NCBI GenBank assembly: GCA_965221955.1
Contig: CBDCTA010000014.1
Location: 1 to 64,000, forward strand
Length of the DNA: 64,000 bases
Direction of reading: 5' to 3'
DNA from: Gammaproteobacteria bacterium
GTDB lineage: Bacteria > Pseudomonadota > Gammaproteobacteria > UBA4575
In this document: positions 29,385 to 41,899 of the stretch, in pieces
How the letters are laid out: every line of letters begins with the position of its first letter
Position numbering within the stretch: position 1 is the first letter of the stretch
Made by a program: the position numbers and the translations under genes
The notes under the pieces: model-generated
What the model saw: only the letters and a program-made list of their open reading frames with translations
Database searches by the model: none
Told to the model about the DNA's origin: nothing

Positions 29385-30548
29385 ATGTTTGGTAAGAAGA
29401 ATACTGCCGAGCACCGTTCGCTTGCGGGTTTTTATTTTTTTTACTTCGCTAGTATTGGCGTTTTTCTTCCTTATTGGAATTTATATTTAAAGCATCTCGA
29501 TTTTTCCGCCAGACAGATTGGCGAGTTATCGGCAGTTTTATTAGCCACAAAAATTTTTGCGCCATACATTTGGGGTTGGATTGCGGACCATACCGGTAAA
29601 CGAGTGTTGGCAATTCGACTGGCTGCATTTATAGGCTTAAGTATTTTTGCTGTTGTCATAGTCTTGCGAGACTATTGGTCGTTGTTCATTGTTTTAACTG
29701 CTTTTAGTTTTTTTTGGAATGCAACCTTGCCGCAATTTGAAGCAGCCACGATGAACAATTTGGGTGAAAAAAAACATTTATACAGCCGTATACGTTTATG
29801 GGGTTCTATCGGCTTTATTGTCACCGCTTCATTGTTGGCTCCATTGATTGAAAACTTTGGCATCCAACATTTACCGTGGATTATTTTGGGAATTTTATTG
29901 CTGACTTGGTGTAATACCTTATTTGTGAATGAAACGGTGCAAAGTGCAAAGAACAGTAATTCATCTTCAATGTTGAAGACATGTTTAAAACCATCAGTAC
30001 TTGCATTGTTACTTGCCTGTTTTTTAATTCAGGCTAGCCACGGTCCTTATTACACTTTTTTCAGCATTTATGCCGAAGATAATGGCTATTCACGCACCTT
30101 GATAGGGCAATTATGGTCTTTGGGCGTCATTGCAGAAGTGGCTGTGTTTTTCTATGTGCATCGATGGCTGCCTAAATTTGGGGCTAAAAGCCTGCTGGTG
30201 ATTGCAATGTTGTTAACCGTGATTCGTTGGTGGTTAATTGCCTTCTATGTGGAATATTTACCTGTACTTTTATTTGCGCAATTATTGCACGCAGCATCCT
30301 ACGGACTGTTTCATGCATCGGCCATTCACCTTATCGATGAATATTTTTCTGGCAGTATTCAGGGGCGTGGGCAGGCATTGTTTTCAAGTATCAGCTTTGG
30401 ATTGGGTGGCTCGCTAGGCAGTTTAGTGAGCGGGTATACTTGGAACTCAATTGGGCCTTCCTATGTATATATATTAGCGATGTGTATTGCCTTAGTCGCT
30501 ATGCTCCAGTTCATATGGATTGCAAAACCTCATTTAAAAGAGGCATAG
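29385..30548 (+). CDS. MFS transporter (MFS_1-like)
   Basis: About 12 TM segments, YSRIRLWGSIGF, QGRGQALFSS. Confidence 0.88.
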   Translation: MFGKKNTAEHRSLAGFYFFYFASIGVFLPYWNLYLKHLDFSARQIGELSAVLLATKIFAPYIWGWIADHTGKRVLAIRLAAFIGLSIFAVVIVLRDYWSLFIVLTAFSFFWNATLPQFEAATMNNLGEKKHLYSRIRLWGSIGFIVTASLLAPLIENFGIQHLPWIILGILLLTWCNTLFVNETVQSAKNSNSSSMLKTCLKPSVLALLLACFLIQASHGPYYTFFSIYAEDNGYSRTLIGQLWSLGVIAEVAVFFYVHRWLPKFGAKSLLVIAMLLTVIRWWLIAFYVEYLPVLLFAQLLHAASYGLFHASAIHLIDEYFSGSIQGRGQALFSSISFGLGGSLGSLVSGYTWNSIGPSYVYILAMCIALVAMLQFIWIAKPHLKEA

Positions 30549-30569
30549 ATTTATTATTGTTTGAAAGTT

Positions 30570-31952
30570 ATGAATAAAACTCTTTATGACAAAGTTTGGC
30601 AAAGTCACGTTGTGCATGAGCGCGACGACGGTATGACGTTGTTATACATAGATCGACATCTTGTGCATGAAGTTACTTCGCCGCAAGCCTTTGAAGGTTT
30701 ACGCTTGGCTAAGCGTGACTTATGGCGTAAAGATTCTATTTTGGCGACTGCGGATCATAATGTTCCCACTACCGACCGCAGTGCAGGTATCGATGACATT
30801 ATTTCTAAAACTCAAGTCGATGCTTTGGATCAAAATTGTAAAGATTTTTCATTAACTCAATTTCCAATGCTTGATGTACGCCAAGGAATTGTGCATGTCA
30901 TAGGGCCTGAGCAAGGTGCGTCGTTACCTGGCATGACGATAGTTTGTGGCGACTCACATACTTCCACACATGGTGCATTAGGTGCACTTGCGTTTGGAAT
31001 CGGTACTTCTGAAGTGGAACATGTATTAGCGACACAATGTTTGTTGATGAAAAAATCAAAAAACATGTTGGTGCAAGCCAATGGAGTTTGTGTACCGGGT
31101 GTAACAGCAAAAGATATAGTATTAGCCATCATTGGTAAATTAGGTACTGCGGGTGCTACCGGTCACACAATAGAGTTTGCGGGAAGCGCTATACGTGCTT
31201 TATCCGTTGAAGGGCGTATGACGATTTGCAATATGGCGATCGAAGCGGGTGGTCGTGCAGGCATGATAGCAGTCGATGACACAACAATTGAATATGTTGC
31301 TGGGCGTCCTTTTGCGCCGCAAGGTGGGCAGTGGGAGCAAGCCGTAGCGCAATGGCGTGGATTGCACTCTGATGAAGGTGTGCAATTTGATTCGGTGATT
31401 GAAATCGATGCAAATAATTTGAAACCGCAAGTGACCTGGGGTACTTCACCAGAGATGGTAGTCAATGTGGATGAAACAGTGCCAACTAAAATCAGCTCTG
31501 ATCAGCAACGTGCATTAGAGTATATGGATCTACAGCCAGGTACACCTATTCAAGAAATTAAACTTGATAAAGTGTTTATTGGTTCATGTACTAACTCTCG
31601 TATTGAAGATTTACGTGCGGCAGCAAATGTAATTCAAGATAAAAAACTTGCAGAGAACATTAAACTTGCCATGGTGGTTCCAGGTTCGGGTTTGGTAAAA
31701 CAGCAAGCTGAGCAAGAAGGCTTGGATAAAGTTTTTAAAGCAGCAGGTTTTGAATGGCGTGAGCCTGGTTGTTCCATGTGTTTGGGAATGAATGCAGATC
31801 AATTAGCGCCGGGTGAGCGTTGTGCATCTACTTCAAATAGAAACTTTGAAGGTCGTCAAGGCAAAGGAGGGCGTACACATTTAGTGAGCCCAGCAATGGC
31901 AGCAGCAGCAGCTGTGTATGGACATTTTGTTGATATAAGAGGGTTGATGTAA
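30570..31952 (+). CDS. leuC: 3-isopropylmalate dehydratase large subunit
   Basis: [38 protein letters not shown]. Confidence 0.97.
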   Translation: MNKTLYDKVWQSHVVHERDDGMTLLYIDRHLVHEVTSPQAFEGLRLAKRDLWRKDSILATADHNVPTTDRSAGIDDIISKTQVDALDQNCKDFSLTQFPMLDVRQGIVHVIGPEQGASLPGMTIVCGDSHTSTHGALGALAFGIGTSEVEHVLATQCLLMKKSKNMLVQANGVCVPGVTAKDIVLAIIGKLGTAGATGHTIEFAGSAIRALSVEGRMTICNMAIEAGGRAGMIAVDDTTIEYVAGRPFAPQGGQWEQAVAQWRGLHSDEGVQFDSVIEIDANNLKPQVTWGTSPEMVVNVDETVPTKISSDQQRALEYMDLQPGTPIQEIKLDKVFIGSCTNSRIEDLRAAANVIQDKKLAENIKLAMVVPGSGLVKQQAEQEGLDKVFKAAGFEWREPGCSMCLGMNADQLAPGERCASTSNRNFEGRQGKGGRTHLVSPAMAAAAAVYGHFVDIRGLM

Positions 31953-31967
31953 GTAAGGTTTAATGTA

Positions 31968-32606
31968 ATGAAAGCTTTTACTCACATAACTTCCAGTTTG
32001 TTGCCGCTTGATCGCAGTAATGTCGATACCGATGCCATCATTCCGCAACAATATTTAAAATCGGTGGAACGCACAGGTTTTGGTGTCGTGCTATTTGATA
32101 ATTGGCGTTACTTAGACCCTGGTGTTCTTGGGCAAGATCATGGTCAACGACAGTTGAATAATGACTTTGTGTTGAATCGACCTGAACACCAAGATGCAAA
32201 AATTATTTTAGCTAGAGAAAACTTTGGCTGTGGTTCTTCGCGAGAACACGCGGTGTGGTCGATTTTAGACTATGGATTTGAAGTTGTGATTGCCTCTAGT
32301 TTTGCCGATATTTTTTGCAGTAACTGTTACAAGAATGGTTTATTACCCGTCGTTTTAAAAGAAAGCGAAGTAGATTATTTGTTCGATCAGGTGAAGGCGA
32401 ATGCTGCGTTTAGCTGTAAAGTGGATTTGAATGAGCAAAAAGTTATTGATGAAAACAATAGTGTTTTTGAATTTCAAATTGATGAGTTTAGAAAATATTG
32501 TTTATTGAATGGTTACGATGAAATTGATCTTACTTTGCAACATGCAGACAAAATTAAAAATTACGAAAGCGAGTTACGAAAAACTTCACCTTGGTTAATT
32601 GCATGA
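31968..32606 (+). CDS. leuD: 3-isopropylmalate dehydratase small subunit
   Basis: [20 protein letters not shown]. Confidence 0.97.
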   Translation: MKAFTHITSSLLPLDRSNVDTDAIIPQQYLKSVERTGFGVVLFDNWRYLDPGVLGQDHGQRQLNNDFVLNRPEHQDAKIILARENFGCGSSREHAVWSILDYGFEVVIASSFADIFCSNCYKNGLLPVVLKESEVDYLFDQVKANAAFSCKVDLNEQKVIDENNSVFEFQIDEFRKYCLLNGYDEIDLTLQHADKIKNYESELRKTSPWLIA

Positions 32607-33670
32607 GTAAAATTTTATTGTTACCTGGTGATGGTCTTGGTCCTGAAGTTGTCGCGCAAGCTAAAAAAGTGCTCACACATTTGTCGGCTGAGCATGGATT
32701 GAAAGCTGAACTTGAAGAGGCCTTAATTGGGGGTGCAGCTTATGATGATTGTAAAAACCCTTTGCCTGAAGCCACATTGAATCTGGCAAAAGAAAGTGAC
32801 GCCGTGTTGCTAGGTGCTGTAGGCGGACCTCAGTATGAGTCTGCAGAACGCGATTTACGACCTGAAAAAGGCTTGTTGCGTATTCGTGCAGAATTAGACC
32901 TGTTTGCTAATTTGCGACCTGCCATTTTATATAAGTCTTTAGCAGGTGCATCTTCACTAAAGCCAGAACTCGTCGCTGACTTAGACATAATGATTGTGCG
33001 AGAACTTACGGGTGGAATTTATTTTGGAGAGCCACGTGGTATCCGTACTTTGAGTGATGGGGTGCGAGAGGGGTTTAATACGTTAGTCTATGATGAAAAC
33101 GAAATTGCGCGCATTGCGCATGTAGCCTTTCGAATTGCGCAAAAACGTGAAGGTAAATTATGTTCAGTGGATAAAGCGAATGTGTTGGAGGTTTCCGAGC
33201 TTTGGCGAGAAACCGTTGATGCGATTCATGCTGAATACAATGATATTTCTCTCAATCATATGTATGTTGATAATGCGGCAATGCAGTTAGTGCGAGAACC
33301 GAATCAATTTGACGTAGTATTAACCGGAAATTTATTTGGCGATATTCTGTCTGATGCAGCAGCGATGTTGACCGGATCTATCGGCATGTTGCCTTCGGCA
33401 TCATTAGATAGTAATGATAAAGGGATGTATGAGCCTATCCATGGTTCAGCGCCGGATATCGCGGGTAAAAATATTGCCAACCCATTGGCAACGATACTGT
33501 CTGTTGCCATGATGTTGCGTTATAGCTTGAATGAAGTAGAGCTCGCTGACAAAGTTGAACGAGCTGTACAGCATGTGATTGAAACAGGATTACGTACTGC
33601 TGACATTGCAAATGGTTCTTCAGTTGTTGGTACTGAAGAAATGGGTGATGCGGTAGTCGAAGCATTATAA
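32603..33670 (+). CDS. leuB: 3-isopropylmalate dehydrogenase
   Basis: [37 protein letters not shown]; ATG overlaps the leuD stop. Confidence 0.97.
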   Translation: MSKILLLPGDGLGPEVVAQAKKVLTHLSAEHGLKAELEEALIGGAAYDDCKNPLPEATLNLAKESDAVLLGAVGGPQYESAERDLRPEKGLLRIRAELDLFANLRPAILYKSLAGASSLKPELVADLDIMIVRELTGGIYFGEPRGIRTLSDGVREGFNTLVYDENEIARIAHVAFRIAQKREGKLCSVDKANVLEVSELWRETVDAIHAEYNDISLNHMYVDNAAMQLVREPNQFDVVLTGNLFGDILSDAAAMLTGSIGMLPSASLDSNDKGMYEPIHGSAPDIAGKNIANPLATILSVAMMLRYSLNEVELADKVERAVQHVIETGLRTADIANGSSVVGTEEMGDAVVEAL

Positions 33671-33740
33671 TTTACATGCCCGAGAATTATTCGCTTAAGT
33701 ATAAATCAGGGCTTCTAAGAAAAAACAGATGAACTAAAAA

Positions 33741-34760
33741 ATGAAGAAATATGATGTTGCAGTAGTCGGTGCTACTGGTGCAGTAGGCGAGCAAATGCTT
33801 GCGATCCTTGCGCAAAGAAAGTTTCCTATGAACAATGTTTATGCCGTAGCGAGTTCGCGTTCTGCGGGAAGGAAAGTTTTGTTTGGTGAAACTGAACTAG
33901 AAGTTCAAGATCTCGCGAGTTTTGATTTTTCTAAAACTCAAGTAGGCCTTTTTTCACCGGGTGCAAGTGTTTCAAAAGAATATGCACCAAAAGCTGCCGC
34001 TGCAGGGTGTGTAGTGGTAGATAACACATCACAGTTTCGTTACGACGATGATATTCCTCTAGTTGTTCCTGAAGTGAATGCGCATCAAATTGCTAACTAT
34101 AAAACCCGTGGCATCATCGCTAATCCTAATTGTTCCACTATCCAAATGCTTGTGGCCTTAAAGCCATTGCAAGATGCGGTGGGTATTGCGCGCATTAATG
34201 TGGCGACCTATCAAGCTGTGTCAGGGACCGGCAAAGAAGCTATTGATGAGCTCGACATTCAAACCAGAAGTATCATTAACAATGAGCCGATTAATTGTGA
34301 CGTTTATCCGAAACAGATTGCCTTCAATGCCTTGCCACATATAGATAAGTTCATGGATAACGGCTATACCAAAGAAGAAATGAAGATGGTCTGGGAAACA
34401 CAAAAGATCATGGAAGATGACTCTATTTTGGTGAACCCAACTACTGTTCGCATCCCAGTTAAATACGGGCATTCTGAAGCGGTGCATGTTGAGCTAAAAG
34501 AGAAATTATCTGCTCAAAAAGCGCGCGATTTATTAGCAGCTGCTCCAGGAGTTGAAGTGGTGGATGAACACCAAGATGGTGGCTATCCCACGGCGGTTAC
34601 CGAAGGGGAAGGCACAGATCCTGTGTATGTGGGGAGGATTCGAGAAGATATATCGCACCCTAAGGGTCTGAATATGTGGGTGGTGAGCGATAATCTAAGA
34701 AAAGGTGCTGCTTTGAACAGCATCCAGATAGCTGAGGTTTTGATAAAAAACCATATTTAA
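33741..34760 (+). CDS. asd: Aspartate-semialdehyde dehydrogenase
   Basis: VGATGAVG, IANPNCSTIQ, DNLRKGAALN. Confidence 0.97.
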   Translation: MKKYDVAVVGATGAVGEQMLAILAQRKFPMNNVYAVASSRSAGRKVLFGETELEVQDLASFDFSKTQVGLFSPGASVSKEYAPKAAAAGCVVVDNTSQFRYDDDIPLVVPEVNAHQIANYKTRGIIANPNCSTIQMLVALKPLQDAVGIARINVATYQAVSGTGKEAIDELDIQTRSIINNEPINCDVYPKQIAFNALPHIDKFMDNGYTKEEMKMVWETQKIMEDDSILVNPTTVRIPVKYGHSEAVHVELKEKLSAQKARDLLAAAPGVEVVDEHQDGGYPTAVTEGEGTDPVYVGRIREDISHPKGLNMWVVSDNLRKGAALNSIQIAEVLIKNHI

Positions 34761-34880
34761 TTTATAGTTGCCCGGTGGATTATTTAGATAACTCAAAGAA
34801 ATTCTTAGAGTTTTTGTTGCACATATATTACTTACGAACAAGCTTTTAAGCATTCAACGCAAAAAAGGTGGAGCACAAAA

Positions 34881-37800
34881 ATGGTGCGTAAATCATCTAT
34901 TTATTTTTTCATTATTTTCTTTTTACTTTTGATACCTGGGCATTTGTTGTCTTTGGGCCTTGGCGATATAGAAGTTAATTCTGCGTTGAACCAACCTCTC
35001 AATGCGCAAATTAATTTAATCGCTGCACGTGAAGATGAATTTGAAGAAATGCGTGTTGAATTGGCTCCAGCAAATGTTTTTGATCGTGTAGGTGTGCCGC
35101 GACCCTACTTTTTAACTCAATTAAAGTTTCAACCTATTAAGTTACCAGGTGGAGGTACGGCAGTTCGGGTAACTTCAAAAGATCCAGTTCGTGAACCATT
35201 CTTAACATTCTTAGTAGAAATCACTTGGCCGAAGGGAAGACTATTAAGAGAATATACTGTTTTACTTGATCCGCCTGAATTTGCGCAACAACAAGCGCCA
35301 CAAGTTGCCACACCAGCCACTACTCCTGTGGAACAACAAGTCGAAGCTGAGCCCGTTCCTCAAGTTGCAACTCAAACAGAAGAAGTTACTAGTGAAGAAG
35401 ATTTAGCTGCACTGCGTGAGAAAATGGATAGGGAGTTAGGTATCGATGACTCCGCTGTGGTTGAGGAAGCTCCAGTTGTTGAAGAAGTTATTGAGGCAGA
35501 GGCCGTTGTAGAAGAAACTGTCGTTGAAGCTGAGCCCACTGTAGAAGAACTTGAAGATGCGGTGGTTGAGTCAGTAGAAGAATCTCAATCTGAAGCTGTG
35601 GCTGAGGATGTTGTTGCGGAAGAGTCGGTTGAGGTTGCGGATACGCAGGACCTTGAAACTATCCGTAAACAAATGGATGAAGCGCTTGGTATTGATGGTT
35701 CGGAGCCTATTGAGCGTGATGCTGAATCTGAAGTTACTGCAGAAGCTGAGGTAATTTCTGAATCGGAAGTGTACACGCAAGATGCTATAGCTGGAGATGT
35801 GGTAGTTGGGAAGGGTGATACCTTGTATGCCATTGCTAAGTCTGCAACTTCTAGCGATGTGTCAGTTAATCAAATGATGTTGGCGATCCAACAAGCTAAT
35901 CCAGATGCATTTATCAAAAACAATGTAAATTTATTAAAGAAAGGTGCGGTGTTACGCATCCCGAGTTCAGGTGAAGCGCAAAGTCTATCTGCTGGAGAAG
36001 CACGTAAAGAAATTGCTCAACAAAATGCATTGTGGAAAGAATACCGAGGTGTAGTTACACAAGCTCCTGCTAAAAATGTTGATGCGCCGGAGCTGGTCAA
36101 AGAAGAAAGTGGTTTGGCTAAAGAGGCCAAACAAGCCCTTCAAGAGACTGATGAGAAGCCTGCTGAGGCTAAGCAAGATTTAAATATTTTGGCTTCCGAG
36201 GATGCGAAGCAAACCGCTAATACACAAGTTGCTGGTGGGGAAGAACTTAAGAAATTACAAAATGAAGTAAATCTTTCAAAAGAGCTTGCTGAATCTCGCG
36301 CCAAGGAAAACGAAGAACTCAAGAGTCGTGTTGAAGCACTTGAGTCTATGTTGGAGAAGAAAGAGAAAATCCTCAATATTCAAAACCAACAACTTAAAGA
36401 TCTTCAAGAGCAGTTAAGTACTGAGACAGATAAAGCTGCAGCCGCGGAAAAAATGCTAAAAGAAAAGGCTGTAAAAGAAGTAACTAAGCCTGAGGTTAAA
36501 TCAGAAGCTAAACCGGAAGCTGAACCTGTTTCAGAGCCGATAGCTAAAGAAGTAATTAAAAAACCTGAAGTTGAACCACTGCCAGATTTTTCCGAACCTC
36601 TAGTAGCAGAAGAGAGTATAAATAAACCAAGGTTAGAACCTCTTCCAGATTGGGACTCCTTGCCAGAGATAGAAGAGCCAGTCGCAGAACAAGTTGCTGA
36701 AGCTAAACCAGAAGAAAAACCCGCAGAAGTCAAACCTACCGAAACAAAACCTGAAGCTGCTGAAAAGCCATCTGAAGTTAAAACGGCAGAAGCTCCAAGT
36801 TCTACTGAAGCTTCGTCCGGAATCCTGAGTTTTTTAGACCCAATTAAAGAATATAAAACCTATCTTCAGTTTGGAATGGGTGCCTTAGCAGTATTATTAG
36901 GTGGAATTTGGTTTTGGCGTAAAAAACAAGTTAAAACGGTAGAGCTTACTGGTTTAGGTGAGATGCCGATGGAGGCTATGGAAGATGGTGAAGATTTTGA
37001 TGATATCTTAGATGAGACCATTGTTACGCCACAGAGAGCGGATGCAGAAGCGAGTGTCGAAGATAGTGATATAGCTGCGGTGGATGATTTGCCTGAGGAA
37101 GATAATGACTTTAGTTCTGTTGCAGATGCATCCAGTGATACAGGGATAGGTGAAGACATCATTGACGAAGCAGACGTATACATTTCTTATGGCTTACATC
37201 AGCAAGCGCAAGATTTATTAAATGATGCCATTGCTAAAGATCCTGATCGTAGCGACTATAAAGCAAAACTTGCTGAAGTTTATTACAGTCAAAAAGATCA
37301 ACAAGGTTTCGAGCAATATGCTGAAAAGATTAAAGATGAAGTGGGCGAGTCTAGTAGTGAGTGGCAAAGCATTATGGCGATGGGCAAAGAACTTGCACCT
37401 GCCAGTGCCTTGTTTGCTGGTGCTGCAGCCGTGGCCGCTAAAGCTGCAGTAGATAAACCTGAAGAAGCAGATATCGATATTGGTTTGCAAACGGCTATTA
37501 ATGAGCCCTTATCCGATGCGAATTTAGAAGACACACTTTTGGACAATGATGCTGAAGAAGATGATGGTGGCTTAGATTTCAACGTTGACGATATGGCTGA
37601 AGACAATGTAGTTGAGGAAGCACTCGAAGATGATCCTGTTGCAAGTAAGATCATGGAGGCCAATGAGACTTCTGATATTCTAAACTTTGATGTTGATGAT
37701 TTAGCAGATGAAGTAGTGAATGAAGATGATGTTGATACTGAAATTGACGCTATCACAACTGGATTGCATGAAACAGCCAGCATGGATGAATTGACAGAAG

Positions 37801-38273
37801 AGTTAGAGCAAATTGGCATGCAGACTACGATGAATGATCTTAAGCCTTTAGATGTCGATGAAGATGATTTAGATGTCGGAGATGCTTTGAGTGACACGAT
37901 CGCAATGCAAGCTGATGAATTAGGTATTGATACTGGCATTTCAGAACCTGACCCGGATGCCACAGCTGCTTATACATCAAGTTCTCTAAGTGGTGATCTC
38001 GATCAAGCCACAGAACAGTTTGATGCCAGCAATATGGATACTGAGTTTCTTGATCCAGCTGAACAGACTGTAGCGCAAACACACACTGATCTAGAAGAAC
38101 TAGGTCCTCCATCTTTAATTGAAGAAGTAGGTACTAAGCTAGATTTAGCTAAAGCATTTGTGGACATGGGTGACTCAGATGCTGCGAAAGAAACTTTGAT
38201 TGAAGTGATTAATGAAGGCGACGAATCACAAATCAAAGCGGCTAAAGATTTAATGGACAAGCTTGGCGGTTAA
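34881..38273 (+). CDS. fimV: FimV/HubP polar landmark protein
   Basis: LGLGDIEVNSALNQPL, LLREYTVLLDPP, LysM (GDTLYAIA), one TM helix, acidic linker, EADVYISYG, TKLDLAKAFVDMGD; asd-fimV-truA synteny. Confidence 0.92.
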   Translation: MVRKSSIYFFIIFFLLLIPGHLLSLGLGDIEVNSALNQPLNAQINLIAAREDEFEEMRVELAPANVFDRVGVPRPYFLTQLKFQPIKLPGGGTAVRVTSKDPVREPFLTFLVEITWPKGRLLREYTVLLDPPEFAQQQAPQVATPATTPVEQQVEAEPVPQVATQTEEVTSEEDLAALREKMDRELGIDDSAVVEEAPVVEEVIEAEAVVEETVVEAEPTVEELEDAVVESVEESQSEAVAEDVVAEESVEVADTQDLETIRKQMDEALGIDGSEPIERDAESEVTAEAEVISESEVYTQDAIAGDVVVGKGDTLYAIAKSATSSDVSVNQMMLAIQQANPDAFIKNNVNLLKKGAVLRIPSSGEAQSLSAGEARKEIAQQNALWKEYRGVVTQAPAKNVDAPELVKEESGLAKEAKQALQETDEKPAEAKQDLNILASEDAKQTANTQVAGGEELKKLQNEVNLSKELAESRAKENEELKSRVEALESMLEKKEKILNIQNQQLKDLQEQLSTETDKAAAAEKMLKEKAVKEVTKPEVKSEAKPEAEPVSEPIAKEVIKKPEVEPLPDFSEPLVAEESINKPRLEPLPDWDSLPEIEEPVAEQVAEAKPEEKPAEVKPTETKPEAAEKPSEVKTAEAPSSTEASSGILSFLDPIKEYKTYLQFGMGALAVLLGGIWFWRKKQVKTVELTGLGEMPMEAMEDGEDFDDILDETIVTPQRADAEASVEDSDIAAVDDLPEEDNDFSSVADASSDTGIGEDIIDEADVYISYGLHQQAQDLLNDAIAKDPDRSDYKAKLAEVYYSQKDQQGFEQYAEKIKDEVGESSSEWQSIMAMGKELAPASALFAGAAAVAAKAAVDKPEEADIDIGLQTAINEPLSDANLEDTLLDNDAEEDDGGLDFNVDDMAEDNVVEEALEDDPVASKIMEANETSDILNFDVDDLADEVVNEDDVDTEIDAITTGLHETASMDELTEELEQIGMQTTMNDLKPLDVDEDDLDVGDALSDTIAMQADELGIDTGISEPDPDATAAYTSSSLSGDLDQATEQFDASNMDTEFLDPAEQTVAQTHTDLEELGPPSLIEEVGTKLDLAKAFVDMGDSDAAKETLIEVINEGDESQIKAAKDLMDKLGG

Positions 38274-38274
38274 T

Positions 38275-38306
38275 TTTTACGCTAGCGTTCTAATTAGCGT
38301 ATAAAA
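38275..38306 (+). terminator. Putative terminator hairpin after fimV
   Basis: TTTTTACGCTA...TAGCGTATAAAA dyad. Confidence 0.4.
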
Positions 38307-38380
38307 CCTTCTAAACAAAGCTGTTGATTTAGTCTGCGTTTATCGCATACTGGCTAAGCACTTTCTAAAATATATTATCA

Positions 38381-39169
38381 ATGATGCGTATTGCTATTGG
38401 TGTCGAATACAATGGCAGTCAGTACTGTGGTTGGCAACGCCAGACAAATGCTGATTCAGTTCAACAATGTCTCGAACAAGCCATTTCAAAGGTTGCAGAT
38501 ACTCAAACATTTGTACAAGCAGCAGGAAGAACCGATACGGGTGTTCATGCTACGGAACAAGTTGTTCACTTTGACTGCGAGAATGATCGCGAATTAAAAG
38601 CATGGGTAATGGGAGTTAATTCCTACTTACCCAATTCTATTAGTGTCTTGTGGGCGAAGCATGTAGAAGATGAGTTCCATGCAAGATTTAGTGCACGGTC
38701 AAGACGTTATCGTTATCTGATTTATAACCATGATACGCGTCCAGCATTATATGATGGCTTATTAACTTGGGAGTATGTGGCATTAGAGTTAGAAAAAATG
38801 CAGCAATCGGCTAAGCATTTGATTGGCACTCATGATTTTACTTCATACCGCACAGTTGCATGTCAGGCAAAAAGTCCGGTGCGTACGGTACACGATATTG
38901 TTATTCGTCAGCATCGTGAATATATTTTGATGGATATACATGCAGATGGATTTCTTCATCATATGGTTCGAAACATAGCGGGTGTGTTGATAACAATTGG
39001 GAAAAACGAGCAAAATGAAAATTGGTCGTTAGAAGTATTAGAAAAACGTGACCGCACACTGGGTGGAATAACGGCGCCTGCGGCAGGATTGTATTTGGTT
39101 AAAGTGCACTATGATGAAAAGTTTGATCTGAACCCAGCCATTAGGTGGCCAGCCATAGCAAATATATAA
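38381..39169 (+). CDS. truA: tRNA pseudouridine(38-40) synthase
   Basis: GWQRQ, AGRTDTGVHA, FLHHMVRNI. Confidence 0.96.
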   Translation: MMRIAIGVEYNGSQYCGWQRQTNADSVQQCLEQAISKVADTQTFVQAAGRTDTGVHATEQVVHFDCENDRELKAWVMGVNSYLPNSISVLWAKHVEDEFHARFSARSRRYRYLIYNHDTRPALYDGLLTWEYVALELEKMQQSAKHLIGTHDFTSYRTVACQAKSPVRTVHDIVIRQHREYILMDIHADGFLHHMVRNIAGVLITIGKNEQNENWSLEVLEKRDRTLGGITAPAAGLYLVKVHYDEKFDLNPAIRWPAIANI

Positions 39170-39197
39170 AGATATTTTCAATTTTTTTTTAAATGGT

Positions 39198-39815
39198 ATG
39201 AAAACACGAATTAAATTTTGTGGAATGACACGAGCACAAGATGTGCAAATAGCAGTTGCATTGGGTGTCGATGCATTAGGGTTTGTGTTTGTTGAAGGTA
39301 GTGCGCGTAATTTAGATATTGATGTTGCAGAAAAGCTTATTCGTGAAGTGCCACCTTTTGTGGTTAAGGTTGGTTTGTTTATGAATGCGGAAACTGAAAC
39401 AGTTAAAGAAGTAGTGAAGAGTGTAAAGCTAAATTTGTTGCAGTTTCATGGTGAGGAAGACGAGAAATTTTGCACGCAGTTTGAAATGCCGTATCTAAAA
39501 GCAGTGCCAATGGCGAGCATTACATCGCTAAGTGATTATTGTCAGGACTATGCAAGGGCTAGCGGATTTATTTTAGATAGTCATGCTAAAGGCGAAATGG
39601 GGGGCAGTGGCGAAACATTTGCTTGGGGCGATATTTCGATTGAGGTCGACAGGCCGGTTATTCTTGCTGGCGGGCTTACCGCTGAAAATGTCGCAGAGGC
39701 GATAAAAGTAGTACATCCCTATGCGGTAGATGTAAGTAGCGGTATTGAGGCTGGTAAAGGCATCAAAGACCCCGCTAAAATGGAGCAATTCATTAAGGAA
39801 GTACATCGTGACTAG
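39198..39815 (+). CDS. trpF: Phosphoribosylanthranilate isomerase
   Basis: [26 protein letters not shown]. Confidence 0.96.
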   Translation: MKTRIKFCGMTRAQDVQIAVALGVDALGFVFVEGSARNLDIDVAEKLIREVPPFVVKVGLFMNAETETVKEVVKSVKLNLLQFHGEEDEKFCTQFEMPYLKAVPMASITSLSDYCQDYARASGFILDSHAKGEMGGSGETFAWGDISIEVDRPVILAGGLTAENVAEAIKVVHPYAVDVSSGIEAGKGIKDPAKMEQFIKEVHRD

Positions 39816-41049
39816 GACAGCATCACAACACGCTGCGGATAAGAAAGCTCATAAAGCACAACAAGTGCCAGACGATCAAGGTATGTTTGGTGAGTATGGT
39901 GGACGTTATGTTGCAGAAACCTTAATCGAACCTCTAGCAGAATTAGAGCAAGCGTACTTTCACTATAAAGATGACCCTACTTTTATCAGCGAGTTTGATG
40001 CAGATCTCAAACATTATGTAGGACGACCAAGCCCTCTTTACCATGCACAGCGATTAAGCCAAAAGTATGGAGGCGCGCAGATTTATTTAAAGCGTGAGGA
40101 CTTAAACCATACCGGCGCGCATAAAATAAATAACACAATTGGTCAAGCATTGTTGGCTAAACGTATGGGTAAACCGCGCATCATTGCTGAGACAGGTGCA
40201 GGTCAACACGGTGTTGCTAGCGCAACTGTGGCAGCGCGCCTTGGACTTGAATGTGTTGTGTATATGGGTGAGCAAGATATTTATCGCCAAGCACCCAATG
40301 TATATCGAATGCGCTTGTTAGGAGCAGAAGTGGTTCCTGTAACTTCGGGTTCGAAAACATTAAAAGATGCGTTAAACGAAGCATTGCGTGATTGGGTGAC
40401 CAATGTTGATAACACGTTTTATATTATTGGCACAGTTGCAGGTCCTCATCCTTATCCATTATTAGTGCGCGACTTTCAAGCCATTATCGGTCGTGAAGCT
40501 CGACAGCAAGCACTTGAGCAAACGGGAAAATTACCCGATGCACTTGTAGCGTGTGTGGGTGGTGGTTCAAATGCTATAGGTTTGTTTCATCCATTTATTG
40601 AAGATGAAAGCGTAAAAATGTTTGGTGTTGAGGCTGCGGGCTTAGGTGTTGATACAGATAAACATTCTGCACCGCTGAATGCAGGTCGCCCAGGTGTGTT
40701 ACATGGTAATCGCACCTATTTAATGGAAGATGATGATGGGCAAATTATCGAGACTCATTCTATTTCGGCAGGCTTAGACTATCCTGGTGTAGGACCAGAG
40801 CATGCATGGCTAAAAGATATTGGACGTGTGCAGTATGATGCTGTGACAGATGAAGAAGCTTTATCTGCATTTCATGAATTAACACGCATTGAAGGAATCA
40901 TACCTGCATTGGAAAGCAGTCATGCGGTTGCTTATGGATTAAAACTTGCTACTTCAATGACTTGTGAACAAAATATCATAGTAAATTTATCCGGGCGGGG
41001 GGATAAAGATATTAATACGGTGGCGGATATTGAGGGAATATCAATATGA
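39808..41049 (+). CDS. trpB: Tryptophan synthase beta chain
   Basis: [30 protein letters not shown]; GTG start assumed at 39808. Confidence 0.97.
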   Translation: MTRTASQHAADKKAHKAQQVPDDQGMFGEYGGRYVAETLIEPLAELEQAYFHYKDDPTFISEFDADLKHYVGRPSPLYHAQRLSQKYGGAQIYLKREDLNHTGAHKINNTIGQALLAKRMGKPRIIAETGAGQHGVASATVAARLGLECVVYMGEQDIYRQAPNVYRMRLLGAEVVPVTSGSKTLKDALNEALRDWVTNVDNTFYIIGTVAGPHPYPLLVRDFQAIIGREARQQALEQTGKLPDALVACVGGGSNAIGLFHPFIEDESVKMFGVEAAGLGVDTDKHSAPLNAGRPGVLHGNRTYLMEDDDGQIIETHSISAGLDYPGVGPEHAWLKDIGRVQYDAVTDEEALSAFHELTRIEGIIPALESSHAVAYGLKLATSMTCEQNIIVNLSGRGDKDINTVADIEGISI

Positions 41050-41885
41050 GCCGTATACAATCCTGTTTTGAAGAATTAGCAAAAGCAAACCGCAAGGCGC
41101 TTATTGCCTATATTACTGCTGGAGACCCGCATCCAGATCAAACCGTTTCATTAATGCATACATTGGTGGATGCGGGTTCTGACATTATTGAACTGGGTGT
41201 GCCATTTTCTGACCCCATGGCAGATGGGCCAGTGATTCAAGCAGCATGTGAACGTGCATTAGTTCATCACACAAGTTTGCAACAAGTATTAGATATGGTT
41301 GCAGAATTCCGCCAGCAGAATGAAAAAACACCAGTAGTGTTGATGGGTTATCAGAACCCAATCGAAGTGATGGGTGTGGAAGTGTTTGCTAAAGCGGCCC
41401 AACAAAACCAAGTAGATGGCATTCTTACCGTAGATGTACCTATCGAACAAGCGCATGAGACGGTAAGTACCTATAAAAAACACGGTCTCGATAATATATT
41501 TCTTGTCGCACCGACCACCAGTGCGCAGCGGATTCAGAATATTTGTCAACAATCTTCAGGTTTTGTCTATTATGTTTCTTTGAAAGGAGTTACTGGAGCC
41601 GGCCACCTTGATACCTCTGAAGTTGCAAATAAGCTTGCAGAAATCAAACAAGCAACCTCGTTACCTGTAGGCGTTGGTTTTGGCATCAAAGATGCCGATA
41701 GTGCAAGTAAAGTAGCTAGAATCGCTGATGCTGTAGTCGTGGGCAGTGCGATTATCCGTGAAATTGAAGCACATGCCGAAGATCAAGATAAAATGTTGAA
41801 AAATATTAAAACTTTACTTTCTGATATGCGTGTAGCAATGGATAATGCGATGAACGAAAAGCAAACAAATAAAGAAGTCGCTTAA
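41046..41885 (+). CDS. trpA: Tryptophan synthase alpha chain
   Basis: [32 protein letters not shown]. Confidence 0.97.
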   Translation: MSRIQSCFEELAKANRKALIAYITAGDPHPDQTVSLMHTLVDAGSDIIELGVPFSDPMADGPVIQAACERALVHHTSLQQVLDMVAEFRQQNEKTPVVLMGYQNPIEVMGVEVFAKAAQQNQVDGILTVDVPIEQAHETVSTYKKHGLDNIFLVAPTTSAQRIQNICQQSSGFVYYVSLKGVTGAGHLDTSEVANKLAEIKQATSLPVGVGFGIKDADSASKVARIADAVVVGSAIIREIEAHAEDQDKMLKNIKTLLSDMRVAMDNAMNEKQTNKEVA

Positions 41886-41899
41886 ATGAGCAGATCCCT

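Noticed and set aside
34881-38273. Low-complexity acidic and EPV/KPE repeats in FimV
   Set aside because: Normal for FimV/HubP linkers; not a DNA repeat system.
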